Source: an uncultured bacterium
GTDB taxonomy: Bacteria > CSSED10-310 > CAZUFC01
Assembly (NCBI GenBank): GCA_964619725.1
Contig: CAZUFC010000051.1
Location: 1-55,229 of the forward strand
Direction: 5' to 3'
DNA length: 55,229 bases
Shown here: one piece after another, positions 9,465-18,792 of the stretch
Layout of the letters: each line of letters starts with the position of its first letter
Numbering within the stretch: position 1 is the stretch's first letter
The notes under the pieces: generated by a model
Databases searched by the model: none
Told to the model about the DNA's origin: nothing
Seen by the model: only the letters and a program-made list of their open reading frames with translations
Position numbers and translations under genes: made by a program

Positions 9465-9496
9465 TTGACAATTAATGTACATTTGTTTATGTACAT
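9465..9496 (+). promoter_or_regulatory. Promoter/operator of phd-vapC
   Basis: TTGACA at 9465 followed by two TGTACA palindromes (9476-9481, 9490-9495), the core bound by Phd/YefM-family antitoxins. Confidence 0.7.
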
Positions 9497-9519
9497 ATTG
9501 GGTGAAGGAGGCCTGCGTG

Positions 9520-9744
9520 ATGCGTATCTCAGTTACAGAATTCCGCAGAAGATGTCTGAGGCTGATTGACGAAGTTCATGCCCTGAATAGGGATATAATT
9601 GTAACGAAGCACGGGAAGCCTGTGGCTAAGTTGGTTTCTTGCAGGGAGGAGGAGCCGAGGCCTTTCGTAGGATCGTTAACCGGAGTTGGAGAGACGAAAG
9701 GGGACTTGCTGGAACCGGTTGAAGAAGATTGGGAGATGGATTAA
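9520..9744 (+). CDS. Phd/YefM family antitoxin
   Basis: MRISVTEFRRRCLRLIDEV...IIVTKHGKPVAKLV. GGAGG RBS supports the ATG at 9520 rather than 9475. Confidence 0.9.
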   Translation: MRISVTEFRRRCLRLIDEVHALNRDIIVTKHGKPVAKLVSCREEEPRPFVGSLTGVGETKGDLLEPVEEDWEMD

Positions 9745-9747
9745 TTG

Positions 9748-10143
9748 ATGTCGATAATATTGGATACGCATGTATGGTGGTGGGCGGTGAGCGAGCCGGA
9801 TAAATTGTCGGAAAGAGTGCGTGAGAAGATCAATGTTGTGTCTGCGTCTCAACGTTTTGCGGCATCGATCAGTTTGTGGGAATTCGTGATGATGACGGTT
9901 AAGGGGAGAATAAGTCTTGCGATATCACCGAGTGAGTGGTTCGCCCATACAATAAAGGCCGGATATTTGGGAATTCTCCCATTAACGGCAGATATAGCGA
10001 TCGAAGCATGCCGTTTACCGGGTAATTTTCACAAAGACCCGGCTGACAGGATAATAACGGCAACGGCCCGAAAATATAATGCGTTATTAATAACAAAGGA
10101 CCGCAAGATTCTTGAATATCCCGGCGTCAAATCATTGTGGTAA
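9748..10143 (+). CDS. vapC: VapC PIN-domain toxin
   Basis: ILDTHVWWWA, SISLWE, HKDPADRII, LITKDRKI. Immediately follows the antitoxin. Confidence 0.92.
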   Translation: MSIILDTHVWWWAVSEPDKLSERVREKINVVSASQRFAASISLWEFVMMTVKGRISLAISPSEWFAHTIKAGYLGILPLTADIAIEACRLPGNFHKDPADRIITATARKYNALLITKDRKILEYPGVKSLW

Positions 10144-10144
10144 A

Positions 10145-10200
10145 TAGCGCCTGTCCGCAAACTCGATTCACGATTCGAATTTTAATGCCTGACAGTCACT
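10145..10200. repeat. 56-bp MITE-like element, copy 2
   Basis: tagcgcctgtccgcaaactcgatt...ttaatgcctgacagtcact. Direct repeat of 9190-9245, starting 2 nt after the vapC stop. Confidence 0.7.
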
Positions 10201-10248
10201 ATTTTGATTATCTCCGCCCGCTCGTAAAAATAACCGGAATTTTCGCTT

Positions 10249-10818
10249 CTATGACCCGTTTCCGTGATCCTCGCGGTTGTTGTAATCGTCGTCGCTTTTG
10301 GGTATCAGGAATCTGTCCGTATCGTGGTCGATGTCGATGAAATCGTCAGCTACTTCTATCAGCTTGGATGAAGAGCTTTTCCCGAATGCGAGCACTTCCA
10401 CCCGGCATCCCCTGGCCCTCATGTATTGAAGCAGATCGACGAAATCGCCGTCTCCGCTGACCAGCACTGCGGTATCAAGCTTATCGGCCATGCGTATCAT
10501 ATCCATGGCTATGCCGACGTCCCAGTCGCCCTTCTTCATGCCTCCGTAAAAAACCTGCAATACCTTTATCCTTACCTCAAATCCTATTTTTTCCAGAGCA
10601 TCAAAGAAACTCTGTTCTTCCTTCACATCAGCTTTTATAACATAAGCTATCGCGCGTATAATTTTTCTGTTCGCTACCGCGGCCCTCAATATCTGAGAAA
10701 AATTTACCTTTGTCTTGTATAAATTTTTCGCAGAATAATATAAATTCTGCACATCTACGAAAACTCCTACCCGCTGGTCGGGATTCTTTGCCGCAGAACC
10801 TTTCTTTCTCATGTACAT
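10249..10818 (-). CDS. NYN domain (LabA/DUF88) protein
   Basis: VFVDVQN, KGDWDVGIAMD, LVSGDGDF, ADDFID. Confidence 0.92.
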   Translation of the reverse strand: MYMRKKGSAAKNPDQRVGVFVDVQNLYYSAKNLYKTKVNFSQILRAAVANRKIIRAIAYVIKADVKEEQSFFDALEKIGFEVRIKVLQVFYGGMKKGDWDVGIAMDMIRMADKLDTAVLVSGDGDFVDLLQYMRARGCRVEVLAFGKSSSSKLIEVADDFIDIDHDTDRFLIPKSDDDYNNREDHGNGS

Positions 10819-10899
10819 AGCAGCCTCTCCTTTATAGTCCTCACATTCATCTTCAGCTTCGATGATTCGTTCATGAGCGCTTTTTTAGTCCAGTCGTTT

Positions 10900-11175
10900 T
10901 TAAGACATGAATATCGGGATATGTCCGAACGTTTTCGTTCCAGAGCATCCCAATAAAATGTCAAAAAAATCGTGTCGAATACTTCTTAAAGTCGTTGTTT
11001 TCAATAAGGCAAAAAACAATCTCCGGAAACGATCCTTCGCTTCCTCTTTTTTGAAACTCAAAATATCGTTAAATCTTTCATGCATCTGAGTCTTAAAATA
11101 ATTTGAGTCAGTCGGTTTATAATACATTGCAAGGGAAATAAGAGAATTTCGTTTATGGATTACACCTCCTTTCAT
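10900..11175 (-). CDS. Hypothetical protein
   Basis: Only support is an ATGA overlap with the upstream glycosyltransferase stop. No motif recognised. Confidence 0.25.
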   Translation of the reverse strand: MKGGVIHKRNSLISLAMYYKPTDSNYFKTQMHERFNDILSFKKEEAKDRFRRLFFALLKTTTLRSIRHDFFDILLGCSGTKTFGHIPIFMS

Positions 11176-12341
11176 TCCAGACAGTTTTTCTTATAGCATG
11201 ATTTCAAAAGCTTTTCCAGCATAAACACTGTTTTCTTGATATTATAATGATTTTCAGCTTTTATTCTGGCGTGTTTTCCGAAATTTTTTCTGAGTTCGGG
11301 GACAGAAATCAGCTTATTCATTGCTTCGGCAAGACTTTGTACTGAACCGGGCGGAACCAGCAATCCATTGGTTTCGTGGTCGACCAACTCAGGAACGCCG
11401 CCTGTTCTGCAGGCGATGACGGGTTTGGAGCAGGCCATGGCTTCAAGCAAGGTCAACCCGAATGTTTCTTCAGGCGAAGGCGAAACGATTATGTCGAGGG
11501 CATTGATGAGGTTGTTGAGTTGCTCCTGGAATCCAATCAGTTTAATTTTATCGGATAAATGAAGTTCGTCGATGTATTTTTGGAGTTTTTCTGTAAAATT
11601 CAGGTTTTCCAGGGGAACCTTAATTTCTTCTCCTATGATGAAAAATCGGGTATCAGGATATTTCTCGACAGTCAATTTTGCTGCACGAACAAACATTTCC
11701 AGCCCCTTGCCGGGATGGATTCTTCCTATCACCCCGATCGCCGTATGTCGTTCAGTCAGGCCGTATCGCCTTCTCCGGCCGCGATCATTTCCGGGAGAGA
11801 ATTCAACCAGGTCCAGTCCGTTGGGTATCACGGAAATTACGGATTCAGGTATTCCTGATTCAATAAGCGAATTTTCAAGGGCTTTCGATACAGCGATAAA
11901 TTGATCCACCCTGTTAAGAAAGAATGATTTAAAAAGTCGAAAGAGAATTCGTTTGGAGGGAGTTCTGATGATGGGGAAGGCGTGCATGGATGCGACTACC
12001 GAAGTTTTTGAAAAGCGGAAAGCGGCCGCGCAGAGCAATGTCGTCCACCAGGATTGAGGAAGAATGATGTGAGTATCGTTTCTATCGGCATATCTTTTGA
12101 GTTTTTTTAAAACTTTGATGATGCGCCGCGGATTCCGCCAATGTTTTTTGAGTTCAGAGAGATTAATGAATGAAACTGTCACGCCGGCGTTCCTGAATTT
12201 GTCAGCAAGCGGTCCGTCAAAGGGCAGAATGAGATGGGTATTGAACTGATCGCGATTTATATGATTAAAAGTTCTCAATAAAGCGACTTCCGCTCCTCCG
12301 AATCGTCCGAAATCATCCACGGCGAGAATATTGATACGCAT
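11172..12341 (-). CDS. Glycosyltransferase family 4 (GT-B)
   Basis: GGAE, VIPNGLD, GRIHPGKG, ETFGLTLLEAMACSKPVI, GGVPELV. Confidence 0.93.
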   Translation of the reverse strand: MRINILAVDDFGRFGGAEVALLRTFNHINRDQFNTHLILPFDGPLADKFRNAGVTVSFINLSELKKHWRNPRRIIKVLKKLKRYADRNDTHIILPQSWWTTLLCAAAFRFSKTSVVASMHAFPIIRTPSKRILFRLFKSFFLNRVDQFIAVSKALENSLIESGIPESVISVIPNGLDLVEFSPGNDRGRRRRYGLTERHTAIGVIGRIHPGKGLEMFVRAAKLTVEKYPDTRFFIIGEEIKVPLENLNFTEKLQKYIDELHLSDKIKLIGFQEQLNNLINALDIIVSPSPEETFGLTLLEAMACSKPVIACRTGGVPELVDHETNGLLVPPGSVQSLAEAMNKLISVPELRKNFGKHARIKAENHYNIKKTVFMLEKLLKSCYKKNCLE

Positions 12342-12361
12342 ACCGGTTTTCCTTCACTTAT

Positions 12362-13156
12362 CTAAACGTCAAGCAAGCGACCAAGAAATTCAGGAGAACA
12401 TTTGAAAAAGGCTTCGGCATACCCGCTGCCTTTCATCAGCCCGTAAGTTCTGAACCTGTTGAGTCCTTCCAGGATGGAGTTGATGTAGTCGTTGCCCGGC
12501 GCCTGTGACTTGAAACAGGCCATGGCGTCTCTTTTCAACTCGACTGTTTTTCCGATGTCTATGATGCGGTTGGGAATGATGGGCACAGCGGTTTCATAGC
12601 AGTAACAGTCGACAGCGTTAAAGCCGGGCAATGCGGCGGATGCGATTTTGAAAACGGCCTGATGGTCCGGATGATAATCGACGTAGAAGGGGAGCATGAC
12701 CGTATCCGGATTATGTTTCTTTAAGAGTTCCGAAAATTGCTTTATGGCGAACTCAGTCGCTTTTAATTTTCTGTCCGGATGGTCCAGGAAAATCAGCTCC
12801 TTTATGCCGAGGATTGCCGCTGCCTGTTTTGCCTCTTCTTTTCTTTTGTTCGTCAATTCCTCTTTTGATTCATTCAGATGACCGCCTTCCGAACCGTCGG
12901 TAAAATACACCGATGTCGTCGAAGCGCCGTTCCCGTTTAAAAGAGCGATCGTACCGCCGCAGGCGAATACTTCATCGTCGAAGTGAGGTGCCAGGATGAG
13001 TATTTTTTTCCCAGGAGGAATATCCTCCATCAGCGGCAGAAACAGGTTTTTAGCGTTGGCTTCGCGGAAATAATCGAGTGTTTTGAAGCTTTTTACAAGC
13101 GACCGGTAATAGGCTTCATCTTTTAATCTTTTCAAGGTTTCAAAAAATGAGTTCAT
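12362..13156 (-). CDS. PIG-L/LmbE family N-deacetylase
   Basis: APHFDDE, FTDG, HPDH, FKSQ, AEAF. Confidence 0.92.
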   Translation of the reverse strand: MNSFFETLKRLKDEAYYRSLVKSFKTLDYFREANAKNLFLPLMEDIPPGKKILILAPHFDDEVFACGGTIALLNGNGASTTSVYFTDGSEGGHLNESKEELTNKRKEEAKQAAAILGIKELIFLDHPDRKLKATEFAIKQFSELLKKHNPDTVMLPFYVDYHPDHQAVFKIASAALPGFNAVDCYCYETAVPIIPNRIIDIGKTVELKRDAMACFKSQAPGNDYINSILEGLNRFRTYGLMKGSGYAEAFFKCSPEFLGRLLDV

Positions 13157-13192
13157 AATATAAATCAGGATTGACCGGATTAACCGGTTCGT

Positions 13193-14260
13193 TCAGATCG
13201 TATCGGAATCGCCCTGGAACAGGAACCATTCGTCGGCCTGTCTGAGCGTTTCATTCAGTGATTTATTGTTGAAAGGCCTGATGACCAGGTATATTTCTGT
13301 TTTCTTTTTCATGAATCCCAGTTTGGACAACGACGCGTCGTTGACCAGAGGGTTCATATGCCAGCATTGAAGCGATTTGTATTTTCCCTGTTCCCGGTAA
13401 TAATTTATGGCCGTATCGAATAAAGGGAGCAGGCAGTCTTCGCAGCCGGAACGACAGAACCAGTCAGCGATGCCTGCCGTAGATGTCTCATCGCAGGACC
13501 ACCCAACAATGTAACCGCACAGTTTGTCGTCGGTTTCAGCCTTCCAGAAGCGGTATCGTTCATCCTCAAGGTTTGAAAACCGCCACGCCAGGTAATGGGC
13601 ATCCCTGACGCCTGTAATCTTGCCCATTTGCGGCCTGTTCTCCCAGATTTCGTCGAACCGCTCTGTAAAATCATTAAATCCTTCGATCAAATAACGGTTA
13701 TGTCTACGTCTTGAACGAAAAACCAAACCTTCAATGCCGCTGTAAATCCTGGAAGCGCTCGCCGCCAGCGTTTTCGGCATTCCGTATTTTTTCGTCAGAT
13801 AAAAAGCGGGATCGAAATACCGCCTGTAGAACGGTATCGGCGCCACGATTTCCCAACCCAGCTTTTTTCTTCCGATGGGTAGAGAAACTGTGTTGGGGAA
13901 ACCGAAGGTAAATTCAAAATTGAGTTTGCGAAGCTCGCCGTAAGCCATATCGCTGAGTTTTTTGAACAATCCCTTCCCCATGTAATCGGGATGAACCATG
14001 AGGTCCACCTCCTGGAATCCCGTCTTGTATTCGCAGTCGACAAGAAAACGCCTGGGCAGCAAAGAATAAGCGCCCACAACATCTCCGGTTTCGTTCCAGG
14101 CCAGTGCAATTACCGGCTCGCCATGCGGGTTCTTCATGAACTGGTGATGCCAGAATCGGAGACTCCTGCTCTTCCCGAACGTCTTCTCATACAAAGCAAC
14201 GATTTTATCCTCGTCCCCCGGTTCATAAAAAGAATAATATATTTTCCGGCTCTGCGGCAT
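13193..14260 (-). CDS. GNAT family N-acetyltransferase (tandem GNAT folds)
   Basis: DLMVHPDYMGKGLF, FGFPN, YLAWRF, C-terminal GDSD. GGAGG RBS before ATG at 14260. Confidence 0.85.
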   Translation of the reverse strand: MPQSRKIYYSFYEPGDEDKIVALYEKTFGKSRSLRFWHHQFMKNPHGEPVIALAWNETGDVVGAYSLLPRRFLVDCEYKTGFQEVDLMVHPDYMGKGLFKKLSDMAYGELRKLNFEFTFGFPNTVSLPIGRKKLGWEIVAPIPFYRRYFDPAFYLTKKYGMPKTLAASASRIYSGIEGLVFRSRRRHNRYLIEGFNDFTERFDEIWENRPQMGKITGVRDAHYLAWRFSNLEDERYRFWKAETDDKLCGYIVGWSCDETSTAGIADWFCRSGCEDCLLPLFDTAINYYREQGKYKSLQCWHMNPLVNDASLSKLGFMKKKTEIYLVIRPFNNKSLNETLRQADEWFLFQGDSDTI

Positions 14261-14435
14261 GCATCCTCCGAATCGAAGCGCCTTCGCTCCGTCACGTTGA
14301 TCTCCATCATATACAATAATATACTTAGGTTCAAACAAGTTCCCGTGGAACGACGGGAATGAGAAACGCTGATGAAAGGGAAAAAGTGATCGAAGGATTT
14401 ATTTTGAAAGACTCTGATGTAAAGACAGGCATACC

Positions 14436-15107
14436 ATGGAAAAAATAGTCGAGTTCAAGGACAGCGATTTGAAACTGATTCAGAATGAAAAAGGATTTCC
14501 CGTGTCCCAGGAATCCGTTTTCCTGGTTGAATTCATTGAAAGACCGAAGTGGGGCCGTTACCTGGATATTGGCTCGGGCACAGGCGTTATTTCCATGATG
14601 CTGGCCCGAAAATTCGATAACATCCGCATAACGGGAATTGAAATACAGAAGTCTTCAGTCGAAATCGCCCACAGAAACACGGAAATGAACCGGATGGGGA
14701 AGAGGGTGAAAATCATAAACGGGGATATCCGGCTTTATAAGGACATATTTCAGGAAAAATCCTTTGATGCGATTGTGTGTAATCCTCCATTTCAAAGCAA
14801 AGATGCGGGAAGAAGCAGTCCGAGTGTTCAATCAGCCACAGCCCGCCAGAATATTACGATGACGATGGAAGACCTTGTGCAGGCAGCCGGTTATCTTTTG
14901 AAACATAAAGGTTTCTTTTATCTCGTTCATTCAATCGGTCAGATGGTGAGTCTAACGAGACTACTGTCCCGCAACAATCTGGAGCCTAAAAGAATGCGAT
15001 TTGTTCACCATTCCAGGGAAACACGGGCTTCAGCGGTTTTGATAGAATCCAGAAAAGGAGCACGGGGCGGATTGGACGTGGATGCGCCCCGACTGGTTGA
15101 CGTGTGA
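14436..15107 (+). CDS. tRNA1(Val) adenine-37 N6-methyltransferase (TrmN6/YfiC-like)
   Basis: LDIGSGTG, GIEIQ, NPPF, EPKRMRFVH, VLIESRKG. Confidence 0.85.
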   Translation: MEKIVEFKDSDLKLIQNEKGFPVSQESVFLVEFIERPKWGRYLDIGSGTGVISMMLARKFDNIRITGIEIQKSSVEIAHRNTEMNRMGKRVKIINGDIRLYKDIFQEKSFDAIVCNPPFQSKDAGRSSPSVQSATARQNITMTMEDLVQAAGYLLKHKGFFYLVHSIGQMVSLTRLLSRNNLEPKRMRFVHHSRETRASAVLIESRKGARGGLDVDAPRLVDV

Positions 15108-15443
15108 CGTTCTTGGCGGATCGGCATGCGTGACTGATTTTGTATTTTTTTGTCAGGCATTTAAGCGACTGAAGGGAGCCAAAGGACTGAAAGAACTTGT
15201 AGAATTATGCTTGTTCGAGACAAACACAATAGTAAGCAGGCAACGGCTTTTTATCCTTATTTCAAAACACAGCAGAGCGGAATGGATTTTTGAGATTTGA
15301 ATTAATTTTCTCATTTGAATATAATTATTAAGTGATGGGTGACCTTCCGGCATAGGTTGATTTAAACGCAGAAATCGGAAAGGGAATTAAATTTTTCAAT
15401 ATGTTTTGACGGCTTTTACAATTTACATAAGGAGTCTAATAAC

Positions 15444-15881
15444 ATGAAAAATTTCACAGTTTTAGTACTGACTGTTTGTGTGTTCGGTTTGATGCCTGCG
15501 GCGGAATCGATATCGACTAAAACGAGTGAAGTCTCAGTTTTTCTCCATGAACAGGAAATTGAGAAAGATGTGGATTCAATGGTTGAGTTCGGGGACGAAA
15601 ATCGGGACCCCTTTATTCCTCTTATCAGCTTGGATTTCGGTTTACAGCCTCCGAACATGGATCGTTTGACGCTGAAAGGCATAATAAAAACCGATAGGGG
15701 GAATTTAGCCATCGTGGCGGATATGGCAGATCATGCGTTTCTGCTCCGGGCAGGAGATCAGGTTGGCGCCGGGAAAGTCAAAAGAGTAAACGATAATAAA
15801 ATCGTGTTTGAAGTCAACGTTATGGATTTCACTGGCAGAATCACAGATACGCAAGAAAAAAGACTCTTTCTAATCGAATAA
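15444..15881 (+). CDS. PilP-like type IV pilus accessory protein
   Basis: Signal peptide, RDPFIPL motif, and a beta domain LKGII...AIV...LRAGDQVGAGKVKRV. Confidence 0.65.
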   Translation: MKNFTVLVLTVCVFGLMPAAESISTKTSEVSVFLHEQEIEKDVDSMVEFGDENRDPFIPLISLDFGLQPPNMDRLTLKGIIKTDRGNLAIVADMADHAFLLRAGDQVGAGKVKRVNDNKIVFEVNVMDFTGRITDTQEKRLFLIE

Positions 15882-15926
15882 AATCCGATATCTTAGATAA
15901 AAAGGAATTGATGCTTACTGCAAAAA

Positions 15927-16274
15927 TTGAAAAACATCAAATCAACCGGGAAAATGAAGAAAGAAGAACGCAAGTTATTGATAAAACTAAAAAAGATATT
16001 GGATAAGAGGGTCAATTTACATCAATTAATCCTTTTTGGTTCACGCGCCAGAGGAGATGCAGACCCGGATTCAGATATGGATTTATTAGTGATTCTTAAT
16101 GAGCCTGTAACACCAGAAACAAGAGATATTGTGTCTCGATGCGCATGGGTAACCGGCTTTCAGGCCGGCATAGTCATAGCGCCTGTTGTTGTATTTCGTG
16201 ATGATTGGGAAAATGGACCCGAAAGACTATCTTTGTTGGCGATGGCGGTAAGGGAAGAGGGGCAACTAGTGTGA
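15927..16274 (+). CDS. Minimal nucleotidyltransferase (MNT) antitoxin-like protein
   Basis: LFGSRARGDADPDSDMDL. True start may be the ATG at 15954. Confidence 0.9.
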   Translation: MKNIKSTGKMKKEERKLLIKLKKILDKRVNLHQLILFGSRARGDADPDSDMDLLVILNEPVTPETRDIVSRCAWVTGFQAGIVIAPVVVFRDDWENGPERLSLLAMAVREEGQLV

Positions 16275-16711
16275 AGGACAAGGAAAAGCAAATTCTGATT
16301 GATTTTCGATTGAAACAGGCTGAAGAAGCTTTGGAAGATGCCGATTTACTTTTATCATCAAGCGGGAAAACTCAGGGATCTGTAAATCGTGCCTATTATG
16401 CAATGTTTTATTCTGTTTTGGCTTTACTCCAGGACATCGGAAAAGTACCCAGAAAACACTCCGGAGCCATATCTCTTTTCGATCTTGAATTCGTTAAAAC
16501 GGGTATTTTTGCGAAAGAATTATCGAGTCATCTTCATAAAGCCTTTGAATTAAGGCAGGTTTCCGATTATCATGTCTTTAAAACAGTAGATTATAAAACC
16601 GCTGAAGACTTAATAACTCATTCCAGAAATTTCGTAAGTTCAGTTTCTGATTATTTTAAAGCAAAATATTCCGACAAGCAGGATATAAGCGGTTGTAATC
16701 ACACCCGTTAA
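16271..16711 (+). CDS. HEPN domain protein (MNT-HEPN pair)
   Basis: VNRAYYAMF, KHSG, RQVSDY. GTG start overlaps the MNT stop (GTGA). Confidence 0.9.
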   Translation: MKDKEKQILIDFRLKQAEEALEDADLLLSSSGKTQGSVNRAYYAMFYSVLALLQDIGKVPRKHSGAISLFDLEFVKTGIFAKELSSHLHKAFELRQVSDYHVFKTVDYKTAEDLITHSRNFVSSVSDYFKAKYSDKQDISGCNHTR

Positions 16712-17016
16712 GCAAGATTCGGCGGAAATCGTATAAAATCGAATTACTAAATTCACATCTCTTGACATTGACTGATGAAAAATCGTCAAATGTATAACGA
16801 AAATCCAACAATCGATCAAAATTTCAAGTTCGAGAAGCAAAATTTATGGGATGTAACACTAGCATTGACTGACCATTTCATCAGGTAAAGCATCGAATTT
16901 GTCGCACGCACCGGTCTTGACCTGTGGGGTTTAAACCTGTTAATTCTATAGCGCTGCTTTTCGGCGGCTTCTTTTTCATCTGATTTTGTTTAGGAGGATT
17001 GAAAGGAGAGTAAAAT

Positions 17017-17217
17017 ATGGCGAAGAAATGCGTAAATATGGAAGCCAACATGGAATATTGCAACTGCACATATCCCTGCAGCAAAAAGGGCAAATGTTGC
17101 GAGTGCATCCAGTATCATCAGCGTCTGGGCGAATTGCCGGCCTGTTTTTTTCCTGATGATGTGGAGAAGACTTATGATCGCTCTATCGCTCGTTTTGTTG
17201 AGCTTCACAGCCGTTGA
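17017..17217 (+). CDS. Small cysteine-rich protein (DUF6485-like)
   Basis: [20 protein letters not shown]...LPACFF...TYDRS. AAGGAG RBS. Confidence 0.8.
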   Translation: MAKKCVNMEANMEYCNCTYPCSKKGKCCECIQYHQRLGELPACFFPDDVEKTYDRSIARFVELHSR

Positions 17218-17266
17218 TGAAATTTTTTCGTCTATGCGTATTTAAAATTGTCAGAGCAATTTATTG

Positions 17267-18733
17267 ATGAAAGCGCTTTTAATTTTTCCGCCATCGGTTC
17301 ATCGGAATTTCGCTCCGCCGCTTAATCTGGCGCATATTGCGGCGGTGCTTGAGCAGAAGGGTGTTGATGTTCATATCATTGATGCGGCTTCCGTGAACGG
17401 GGCCTGTACCAATAGTGAGATTGTCGAACGCGCTGGAGAGATCGATCCTGATTTCATCGGCATTACCATGAATGTTATTTTTATTCAACCGGCTTATGAG
17501 TTGGTCGGAATGCTGAAGTCATTGAAAGCGCCGATCGTATCGGGAGGACCGCATCCCAGTCTGCTAGCCGAGGAATCATTGGAGAATGGAGTGGACATAG
17601 CAGTGATCGGCGAGGGTGAGCGAACCATGAGCGAGCTGGTCGATCATTTTGCGGGAGAAAAGCCGCTTGAGGGAATACCCGGTATAGCGTACCAAGGTTC
17701 CGGAGGCATCGTGACGACTGAGCCGCGGGAACTTATTCATGATCTGGATGCATTGCCGTTCGCGGCGAGGCATTTGTTCAACCGGGACGACTATGTGGAG
17801 GATTCGGCGGAGTATCAGCCCTACGGCGCCATTTTCAGCGGCCGGGGTTGTCCTGCGAATTGCGCTTATTGCTACAAGGGGGTTTTCGGCAAAGGCGTTC
17901 GTATGCGCACTGCGGAAAATGTTTTCCAGGAAATGGAAGAAATTAATGAAAGATTCGGGGTCACCATATTCGAATTTCTTGATGATGCTTTTTCCGTCGA
18001 CCTTGATCGGGTAGACCGATTATGCGATCTTATTTTATCGAATAATCGTCCCTATACCTGGCAATGCACCACCCGGCTCGACCTTACGTCTAAAGAACTT
18101 CTCCACAAAATGAAAAAAGCCGGTTGCTTCCGGATATTCTTTGGATTCGAAAGCGGCGACAGAGAAACGCTTGAAAAGGTCAACAAAAAACTGGACGTCG
18201 AACAGGCGGTTAAGGTCCTGCAATGGACTCATGAAGCCGGCATAAGATCAATCGTCGGTTTTATGTACGGTTTTCCCTGGGAAACTCCGGTACACGTCAG
18301 GAATACTATACGCATCATTAAGAAAATTGCGCCCTACGTTAACGAATTCAACCCATTGGGGATTCTCGTTCCCGTTCCCGGTACAGCCATCTATCAGAAA
18401 TATGCCAGGGAATACGGTTTCGAAAACTGGTGGCGGTTCGAAAAATTCGGACATCGATACAGATCGAACAGCTATTTTCCTTACTTCAGAAGAAAATATT
18501 ACAATGATTTCGCTCTTCTGGAAGACGGGTTCTTCCCTTTTTCCAAACGTGTATTAAAAGAGATCAAGAAGGGGACGCGCGTTATCGGCAATCATAATCT
18601 TTTCCGAAACAATCCATCCTGGAAAGCCGTCATATTTCTCTTTTTCGTCTATTTGTCCAAGATATTGTACGGGATAAATCCCGCTTTGGAAAGAGGCGTT
18701 TTTTCCATGATGGATAAAATGTACAGATCATAA
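17267..18733 (+). CDS. B12-binding domain radical SAM protein
   Basis: PPLNLAHIAA, GGPHPS, GEGE, RGCPANCAYC, GFESG. Confidence 0.92.
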   Translation: MKALLIFPPSVHRNFAPPLNLAHIAAVLEQKGVDVHIIDAASVNGACTNSEIVERAGEIDPDFIGITMNVIFIQPAYELVGMLKSLKAPIVSGGPHPSLLAEESLENGVDIAVIGEGERTMSELVDHFAGEKPLEGIPGIAYQGSGGIVTTEPRELIHDLDALPFAARHLFNRDDYVEDSAEYQPYGAIFSGRGCPANCAYCYKGVFGKGVRMRTAENVFQEMEEINERFGVTIFEFLDDAFSVDLDRVDRLCDLILSNNRPYTWQCTTRLDLTSKELLHKMKKAGCFRIFFGFESGDRETLEKVNKKLDVEQAVKVLQWTHEAGIRSIVGFMYGFPWETPVHVRNTIRIIKKIAPYVNEFNPLGILVPVPGTAIYQKYAREYGFENWWRFEKFGHRYRSNSYFPYFRRKYYNDFALLEDGFFPFSKRVLKEIKKGTRVIGNHNLFRNNPSWKAVIFLFFVYLSKILYGINPALERGVFSMMDKMYRS

Positions 18734-18792
18734 AGCTTGCTATTTAAACCGATAACTGCGCTTAAAAATCCTGTGAATCGTCTATTGTCGGC

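Noticed and set aside
11156-11173. tggattacacctccttt resembles the 16S rRNA 3' end
   Set aside because: No other rRNA sequence is present. It is the complement of an SD-like AAGGAGGTG at a gene junction.
17017-18733. Cys-rich peptide plus radical SAM as a RiPP cluster
   Set aside because: The peptide looks like a standalone DUF6485-type protein. The enzyme is a B12-type with no visible SPASM or RRE domain, and there is no transporter or peptidase adjacent.
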